Notes under the pieces: generated by a model
Database searches by the model: none
Told to the model about the DNA's origin: nothing
What the model saw: only the letters and a program-made list of their open reading frames with translations
Shown: positions 1 to 8,063 of the stretch, one piece after another
Layout of the letters: each line of letters begins with the position of its first letter
Numbering within the stretch: position 1 is the first letter of the stretch
Program-made: the position numbers and the translations under genes
Source: an uncultured Methanobrevibacter sp.
GTDB lineage: Archaea; Methanobacteriota; Methanobacteria; Methanobacteriales; Methanobacteriaceae
Direction: 5' to 3'
Length of the DNA stretch: 32,000 bases
NCBI RefSeq assembly: GCF_937898925.1
Contig: NZ_CALDKF010000029.1
Coordinates: forward strand, 1,344 to 33,343

Positions 1-1
1 C

Positions 2-1687
<1,686 letters not shown>

Positions 1688-1695
1688 TCCCAAGC

Positions 1696-1732
1696 TTTTG
1701 ACCTTCGGTCAAAACCTTGATCAAAACTTTTT
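1696..1732 (+). terminator. Hairpin (TTTTGAC / GTCAAAA, CTTCG loop) 9 nt after the leuS stop, followed by a T5 run
   Basis: Inverted repeat 1696-1702 / 1708-1714 read directly. TTTTT at 1728-1732. Archaeal termination is known to use oligo-T tracts. Confidence 0.4.
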
Positions 1733-1800
1733 CAGTGATTGGTAGAACATGAAAAATAGTTAAAAATAGATAAAAAATAAATTAATAAAAATAAGTAATT

Positions 1801-1840
1801 AATAGCTATTTTAAATAGCTATTCTTCTTTTCTTTTTTTA
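1801..1840. terminator. Putative bidirectional terminator between convergent leuS and bioA: duplicated 10-bp palindrome forming a 10-bp hairpin flanked by T-tracts
   Basis: AATAGCTATT at 1801-1810 and 1814-1823 (self-complementary, 3-nt spacer TTA). Followed on + by CTTCTTTTCTTTTTTT. On the minus strand it is followed by T-rich AATTACTTATTTTTATT. Confidence 0.4.
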
Positions 1841-1923
1841 AAATCTTTATAAATATTCCTCTTTTTGTAAAAAAATAATAAAAAATTTTAATTTTGAAAA
1901 TATAAAAAAATAAAAAACTTTTT

Positions 1924-3276
1924 CTATAATAATACAGAATCAATAGCTTGTTTACAGATTCTTAAAGACTCTCCAAGCTCTTCTTTTGTAATTACCAAAG
2001 GAGGATTGAAGTACATTACATTACCTAAAGGCCTAAGCATCAATCCTTGTTTCAAAGCTTCCCTATAGATTTTATAGCCGATTCTTTCTGATGAATCAAA
2101 TCCTTTTTTAGATTCCTTATCCTCAACGAGTTCGATTGCATTGATGAGTCCCATCTGTCTGATTTCACCTACATTAGGATGACTATCAAATATTTCATGG
2201 AAGCGATTGTTTAGCCAAATTGCCTTTTCATTTGCCTCTTCAAGAATATTGTCCCTTTCAATAATCTTCAAGGTTGCATTTGCTACACTTGCCGCCAATG
2301 GATTTCCAGCATAGGTATGACTGTGCATGAATGCCACATTATCCTCATAATCTCCATAAAATCCATTATAAATCTCATCAGTGCTTATACAAACTGCCAT
2401 TGCCATATAACCGTTTGTAAGCCCTTTGGAAATGCACATTATATCCGGACTTATTCCTGCATGGTCCACTGCAAACATCTTGCCTGTTCTTCCAAAACCA
2501 GTAGCTATCTCATCTGCAATCAAGAGCACATCATACAAGTCACAAAGCTCCCTAAGCTTCTTGAGATACAATGGAGGGTAAATCTTCATTCCTGCACTGC
2601 CTTGAATCAATGGCTCGATTATCATAGCACAGGTTTCATGTCCATATTCTGCAAATGCCTTCTCTGCATTTTCAAAACATTCACAATCACAGCTATCCCT
2701 ATTCTTATTGTATGGGCATCTGTAACAATCAGGTGCCTGCACCTTGATTGTATCAATCATTATAGGTTCAAATACCTTAGAATATTCATCCAAAGCGCCA
2801 ACAGACAATGCACCTAAAGTTTCTCCATGATAAGCGTCAGTAAAGCACATGAAGCGTTTCTTATGACCTTTTCCATTTTGTGCACAATATTGGAAAGCCA
2901 TTTTAAGTGCACATTCAATGGATGCTGAACCATTATCAACAAAACTGAACTTGTTAAGTCCCTCTGGCATTACCTTGATTAAACGCTCTGACAATTCAAT
3001 AATCGTTTTGTGTGAAAAGTTAGCAAAAAGAACATGATCCAACTTATCCACTTGACTTTTGAGAGCATCACTAACCTCATCATTGCAGTGTCCAAGCAAA
3101 TTGCACCACCAGGAGCTGATAATGTCTATATACTCCTTGCCATCTACATCAAATAACTTAACCCCTTTTCCATGGTCAATTATTATTGGCGGAAAATCTT
3201 CATAGTCTTTCATCTGAGAAGCAGGATGCCAAATATGAGCTAAATCCTTTTTTGCACATTTTTCACTTTCATTCAT
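1924..3276 (-). CDS. bioA: Adenosylmethionine-8-amino-7-oxononanoate aminotransferase (class III PLP aminotransferase, BioA)
   Basis: 450-aa ORF with ATG start. Class III aminotransferase motifs (ADEIATGFGRTGKMFA; PLP-lysine context CISKGLTNG). Lies near bioD and bioB. Confidence 0.88.
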   Translation of the reverse strand: MNESEKCAKKDLAHIWHPASQMKDYEDFPPIIIDHGKGVKLFDVDGKEYIDIISSWWCNLLGHCNDEVSDALKSQVDKLDHVLFANFSHKTIIELSERLIKVMPEGLNKFSFVDNGSASIECALKMAFQYCAQNGKGHKKRFMCFTDAYHGETLGALSVGALDEYSKVFEPIMIDTIKVQAPDCYRCPYNKNRDSCDCECFENAEKAFAEYGHETCAMIIEPLIQGSAGMKIYPPLYLKKLRELCDLYDVLLIADEIATGFGRTGKMFAVDHAGISPDIMCISKGLTNGYMAMAVCISTDEIYNGFYGDYEDNVAFMHSHTYAGNPLAASVANATLKIIERDNILEEANEKAIWLNNRFHEIFDSHPNVGEIRQMGLINAIELVEDKESKKGFDSSERIGYKIYREALKQGLMLRPLGNVMYFNPPLVITKEELGESLRICKQAIDSVLL

Positions 3277-3502
3277 ATTAAAACCTTATAATCTGATAAT
3301 AATTTTTTAAAAATAGTTTTTAAAATTTCAATTCTAAAACTCTATTATAAGATTAGACTTTATATTAAATAAATTTTTAATTTTTTACCTTGAATAAAAA
3401 AATATACAATATACAAAAAGTTTTCTCTAGGGAAAAATTAAAAGAAATGGTTAAAAAATAAATAAAAAAGAAAAAAAATGAAAAATTTAAAATTTCCAAA
3501 AA

Positions 3503-5065
3503 TTAATTATATGGATTAGATTCTGTATAAGCCACACCATTTACATATAATGTATGACCATTATAATTGATATCACCATTATTCTCTAAACTGGATATGT
3601 GACTATCCCCATCTAATGTCCAGTCAGAACCAGATTCAATAATCAAATCAGTTTGCCCAAAATCATCAGAAGGATTGATGGTTCCGACATAGCTGGTGGA
3701 GCTTAGAGTCATGTTCAATGAACTGATTGAATCCACAATTACGTTTCCATCAAGGGTTTCATCTTTTGCATTGAACGTGAGCTCTCCACCATTGGAACCT
3801 ACGATTCCCCATTGGCTTTGACCGGAAACATCCAAGAGAGTTCCACTACCAAAGTTAAGTTCTGTTTTTTCCAAGTTAATGATTGCCTTGGTATTGGTTA
3901 CATGGAACATCGGTGCAGATTCATAGCAGTCTGAATCGGATAGGATTGACAATACAGAATCCTTTGCAGTGAAAGTTGATGTGCCCACATCAGCATCTCC
4001 ACTCATGCTTTGATAGATAAATACACCACCTAAATCAACATATTCACCGTTGTCCTGTCTGTTTCCACCTGCAGCAGCAGACAAGTCACAGTTAGAGAGT
4101 TCAATACTGTTTTTACCTTCAATACAAGCTATTTGAGAAACATAAGCAGTGCCTATGGAGTTTGCCACAGTTATGTTTCCTGTAGAATAGATTATTGGTG
4201 AACCTCTGCCGCTTTGCTTGCTTACACCTGTATTCAATTCACTGTTAGTTACATGAACCTCTCCTTCACCACGATCTGTAGCAAGAGCTGCACAGCTTTG
4301 ACCATTTGTATTGATTATGACATTTTTAGCATTGATGATTCCATTGTATGTTGCATCAAGTCCACGAGACTTATCGCTGTATGTTGTTATTTCTACATTT
4401 TCAATATTTGCCTCTGTAGTTCCATCTACACTATCTTGGTTAGATGCTGCCATACTTGAGGATTCTCCACCACCAGAAGCTCCATTTGAATCCGGCATTT
4501 CAGGAGGGCTACCACCATTAGATGAATTATCACCAGAAGGCATATCAGGAGGAGTACCACCATTAGATGAATTATCCCCTGAACCACTACCTCCCTCTGC
4601 CAAACCATTGCCATCTAAAGCAACATTAGATGAAGAGCTTCCAGAGCTTTCTGCATTTGTTACAAAAATACCATTTGATCCTTTTGAGTTTGTAGTTATC
4701 TTCACATTTGAAATATCCAAGCTTCCATTTGTATTAACCAAAATCGCTGAATTGATTCCATAGAAGTCTGCATCATCACCAGTGGAGCTTGTATCACCTG
4801 TTTTATTGATTATGGAATTAACTAATTTCAATACTCCGTTGTTTTTTACTAAAACAGCGTTTTCATCAGAAGACGAACTTGAATACAAACCATTGTCTGC
4901 AGAGATCTCTTCTGAGTCAACAACTAAATTTCCCTTATCTTCAAGTGCATTTGCATCAACATTTATTGAGGCACCATTACCTGATTGCATATTAGTTAAT
5001 GCAAAGGCACCAGCACATATTATTATGATTATTGCCATTATTGCAATTAAGATTTTTTTGTTCAT
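3503..5065 (-). CDS. Secreted or membrane-anchored adhesin-like beta-helix repeat protein; resembles Cthe_2159/PF14262-type carbohydrate-binding beta-helix proteins
   Basis: 520-aa ORF. N-terminal hydrophobic signal/anchor (MNKKILIAIMAIIIIICAGAFA). Gly/Ser/Asn/Thr-rich repetitive beta-strand-like segments (NGSLDISNVKITTNSKGSNGIFV; FIYQSMSGDADVG). Low-complexity Pro-rich linker. Family assignment is from memory of the motif pattern. Confidence 0.65.
   Translation of the reverse strand: MNKKILIAIMAIIIIICAGAFALTNMQSGNGASINVDANALEDKGNLVVDSEEISADNGLYSSSSSDENAVLVKNNGVLKLVNSIINKTGDTSSTGDDADFYGINSAILVNTNGSLDISNVKITTNSKGSNGIFVTNAESSGSSSSNVALDGNGLAEGGSGSGDNSSNGGTPPDMPSGDNSSNGGSPPEMPDSNGASGGGESSSMAASNQDSVDGTTEANIENVEITTYSDKSRGLDATYNGIINAKNVIINTNGQSCAALATDRGEGEVHVTNSELNTGVSKQSGRGSPIIYSTGNITVANSIGTAYVSQIACIEGKNSIELSNCDLSAAAGGNRQDNGEYVDLGGVFIYQSMSGDADVGTSTFTAKDSVLSILSDSDCYESAPMFHVTNTKAIINLEKTELNFGSGTLLDVSGQSQWGIVGSNGGELTFNAKDETLDGNVIVDSISSLNMTLSSTSYVGTINPSDDFGQTDLIIESGSDWTLDGDSHISSLENNGDINYNGHTLYVNGVAYTESNPYN
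4490..4579 (-). repeat. Two tandem 45-bp coding repeats inside the adhesin-like gene (GDNSSNGGTPPDMPS / GDNSSNGGSPPEMPD)
   Basis: Near-identical DNA units (accaccattagatgaattatc... occurs twice) read directly in sequence and translation. Confidence 0.9.
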
Positions 5066-5307
5066 AGAAATAATAACTCCAATCCATATTATAAATTTTT
5101 TCTAAACCGAGTTAACCATTATTGTCAAAAAATTGATTTAAAAAATCTTAAAAAAAATTGAAAAAATAGAATTTTTTTAGAAAACCTGTATGAAAATTTT
5201 CGCATATGAAACAAGTATAACTTTAATTAATATGAAATGTAAAATAAAAAAAGATATTAAGACAAACTATTAAATAATTATAGCTATCTTCAATATAATT
5301 AATAGCA

Positions 5308-6021
5308 TTATTTGAAATATGAAATCAATTCATCTGCACCTACATTTGGCAGTAAATTTTTATCATTTTGATAAACTTTTGCTATAACTGGAACATTGCA
5401 AAGATCTTCAACCATTTTGATATTGTCATTTTCCATAAGTTCATCCTTGTAGTTATTCATGATGATACCGCAAGCATGAATGTTTCTGTTTTTCAAGTAT
5501 TCAACTGTGGTGACAATTGAGTTGATTGTTCCGAGTCCTGCATCTGCAATGAGTATGACATCAAGACCAAGATACTTTATTATGTCCTCAAGCATGATGT
5601 TGTTCTCATGACCTTTTCCTTCATAACGTATAGGACAAACTATTCCTCCACTTCCTTCCATCACGATGTAGTCATATTTTTGGGATACCTTTTCATAAGC
5701 ATCCCTCACTACACTTAAGTCAACAGGATTTCCTTCAATCTGACTTGCAAGATGCGGTGAAACTGCAGTTTCATAAATGTATGGAACCAGGAAATCCGTA
5801 TCTTCCTCTAAACCAGCCATTGTCAATACCTCTACAGCATCTCCAGGAATCAAAGAATCGTTTTCATCCCTTATGGCACCACTTAAAGCTGCCTTAAAGT
5901 AAGTGGCATCATATCCATTGTCACGAATATACTTTAGCAATAATCCAGTGACATAAGTTTTTCCAATATCTGTTCCAGTTCCAATTACAAACAGTCCTTT
6001 AGACAAAGTATCACAACCCAT
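5308..6021 (-). CDS. bioD: Dethiobiotin synthetase
   Basis: 237-aa ORF. P-loop GTGTDIGKTYVTG. ATG start overlaps the bioB stop by 11 nt, suggesting operon coupling. Confidence 0.88.
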   Translation of the reverse strand: MGCDTLSKGLFVIGTGTDIGKTYVTGLLLKYIRDNGYDATYFKAALSGAIRDENDSLIPGDAVEVLTMAGLEEDTDFLVPYIYETAVSPHLASQIEGNPVDLSVVRDAYEKVSQKYDYIVMEGSGGIVCPIRYEGKGHENNIMLEDIIKYLGLDVILIADAGLGTINSIVTTVEYLKNRNIHACGIIMNNYKDELMENDNIKMVEDLCNVPVIAKVYQNDKNLLPNVGADELISYFK

Positions 6022-7006
6022 CTATTGAGTAAGTTATTTCAAAACCCAATTCTTCCAAAAGTTTCAAGTCATTATCCAATTCCACTCCTTGAGTGGTCAG
6101 CATATTTCCTAAAATTCCTGCATTTGCACCTGACTCAAATGCCTTTCTACCATTGTCTCCTAAAAGCGCTCTTCCACCAGCCATACGAATATATGCATCA
6201 GGATTGATGAATCTGAATATTGCAATTATCCTGCATGTCTCATCATTGGACAATATCTCATTGTTTTCAACAGGAGTTCCCTTGATTGGATTCAAGACAT
6301 TTATTGGAATTGATTTGACTCCGAACTCTCTCAATTGAAGTGCCAAGTCAATCCTGTCTTCAAAGCTTTCACCCATTCCAAATATTCCTCCGCTGCAGAT
6401 CATGACATTTTCATCGTGAATCATTTCTATAGTGTCGAGCTTTTCATCATAGGAGTGAGTGGTGCAGATTTCCTTGAAGTAATTCCTTGAACTTTCCAGA
6501 TTGTTATGGATTCTATCAACACCTGCATCATTTAAGGTTGATATCTGGTCTTTTGTTAAAAGTCCTAATGAAACGCAGATCTTGATATCGCTGTTTTCCT
6601 CTTTCAACTCTTCAATGAGACCAGCCATTATTTCAAAATCCTTTTGAGTCACTTTTCTTCCTGAAGCGACATAGGATATTCTCTTGAATCCAGAATTGTA
6701 GATAGCCAATGACCTTTCCTTCAATTCCTCTTTGGATAAGAGGGGATAGATTTCAATATCAGTGTCATAATGATTGGATTGAGCACAGAACTTGCAGTTT
6801 TCACTGCATCTGCCGCTTTTTACATTGATTATCATACAGGCATCGAATCTGTTTTGGCAAAATGACTTTCTTATCTCATTTGCTGCACTTGACAAATCAT
6901 CTAAAGGAACATCAATGAGATTCATTGCATCTTCCTTAGCGACTTTGTAACCATTCAACACCTTGTCTTTTAACTCATTCACATCAAACATGATACCACA
7001 TAACAT
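6011..7006 (-). CDS. bioB: Biotin synthase (radical SAM)
   Basis: 331-aa ORF. Radical-SAM CxxxCxxC as CSENCKFCAQS. An alternative in-frame ATG at 6991 (MFDVNEL...) is possible. Confidence 0.9.
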   Translation of the reverse strand: MLCGIMFDVNELKDKVLNGYKVAKEDAMNLIDVPLDDLSSAANEIRKSFCQNRFDACMIINVKSGRCSENCKFCAQSNHYDTDIEIYPLLSKEELKERSLAIYNSGFKRISYVASGRKVTQKDFEIMAGLIEELKEENSDIKICVSLGLLTKDQISTLNDAGVDRIHNNLESSRNYFKEICTTHSYDEKLDTIEMIHDENVMICSGGIFGMGESFEDRIDLALQLREFGVKSIPINVLNPIKGTPVENNEILSNDETCRIIAIFRFINPDAYIRMAGGRALLGDNGRKAFESGANAGILGNMLTTQGVELDNDLKLLEELGFEITYSIDGL

Positions 7007-7088
7007 TACAATTGTTATAAAAATAAACTGTTATAATTGAAAGAATATAAATCTAAAAATTAAAAAATATTTTATTAAGAAAAATTTC

Positions 7089-7820
7089 CTAAAGCTTTCT
7101 AGCAAAAACCAAATAACCGCTATGACCAACCATTCTTGTTTTTGGTCTGGTTCCTTGAGGTCTTATTTCCATTTCTCTCTCAATGGTTTCAAGGATTGTA
7201 AGATCTCTAAAGCCTAATTTCTTTGCAATTCTATAAGCTGTTTCGGCTTGATCGATATATGGAGCATAAACCGCTAACCATCCTCCAAGCCTTAATGCCT
7301 TCTTAACATCCTCAAAGATCTCAAATGGCTTTGGAAGATCTAGGAAAACCAAATCGATTTCCTCTTCATCGATTCCATCCTTGATATTTTGGTTTTTAAC
7401 TTCAATGTTCTTTATGCCAAAATCATCAATGTTCTTTTTGGCAACTTCTGCAAAGTCCTCTCTTATCTCATAGGTGAATACCTTACCCTTTTCTCCAACA
7501 ACATTTCCGAAGTTCAATGCAATAGCCCCTGCACCTGTACCTGCATCTATCACTCTGTCACCTGAACCAAGACCAGTGCGAGCAAGAACAGTTCCAATAT
7601 CCTTTTGGATAAGGATGGAACAACGCCTGTCCATTAAATCTATGAAATCATTTACAGTTGGCTTAATGACTTTAAACTCCTTATTTAAATGAGTGATTAT
7701 TGTATCACCAATAGTAGCTCTTTCCATTTGCTCTTTTTTAATAATACCTAAATCAGTTTGGAACTCTCTGTCTTCCTTGATTAAGTATTTTTTTCCTCTT
7801 TCATCCATTAAAATCTTCAA
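7089..7820 (-). CDS. trmI: tRNA (adenine-N1)-methyltransferase, TrmI/Trm61 (GCD14) family
   Basis: 243-aa ORF. SAM-binding motif VIDAGTGAGAIAL. Apparent TTG start at 7820 preceded by GGTGAT; the first ATG is at 7808. Confidence 0.75.
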   Translation of the reverse strand: MKILMDERGKKYLIKEDREFQTDLGIIKKEQMERATIGDTIITHLNKEFKVIKPTVNDFIDLMDRRCSILIQKDIGTVLARTGLGSGDRVIDAGTGAGAIALNFGNVVGEKGKVFTYEIREDFAEVAKKNIDDFGIKNIEVKNQNIKDGIDEEEIDLVFLDLPKPFEIFEDVKKALRLGGWLAVYAPYIDQAETAYRIAKKLGFRDLTILETIEREMEIRPQGTRPKTRMVGHSGYLVFARKL

Positions 7821-7911
7821 ATAATCACCATCTAAATGAAATTTGTAAAGTAATTGAAATAAAAATTATGTAAAAATATTATGAAATAAATATTATATTA
7901 AATTTTTTAAA

Positions 7912-7944
7912 TAATAGTTATTTTTAAACTAATAGTTATTTTTA
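7912..7944. repeat. 15-bp direct repeat x2 (TAATAGTTATTTTTA, 3-nt spacer) in the hef/trmI intergenic region
   Basis: Copies at 7912-7926 and 7930-7944 read directly. Confidence 0.85.
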
Positions 7945-7970
7945 GCTTTTATTATATATAATAATTTTTT

Positions 7971-8014
7971 AAAAATAGATTAATAATTATTTAAAAATAG
8001 ATTAATAATTATTT
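7971..8014. repeat. Perfect 22-bp tandem direct repeat x2 (AAAAATAGATTAATAATTATTT)
   Basis: Copies at 7971-7992 and 7993-8014 read directly. Located upstream of trmI and downstream of hef. Confidence 0.9.
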
Positions 8015-8063
8015 AAAATAAGAAAAATCTTAAAAAATAGAAAAATTAAGAAACTTAAAGGTT

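Noticed and set aside
4311-4763. 150-aa plus-strand ORF with Pro-rich repeats (GISGGLPPLDELSPE x2); also 4214-4459 and 4782-5105
   Set aside because: It is the antisense translation of the adhesin-like gene's tandem repeat. There is no SD, and the minus-strand frame is far longer and has coherent protein features.
7971-8014. Possible CRISPR array
   Set aside because: There are only two directly abutting 22-bp copies with no spacers, and no cas genes. It is a simple tandem duplication.
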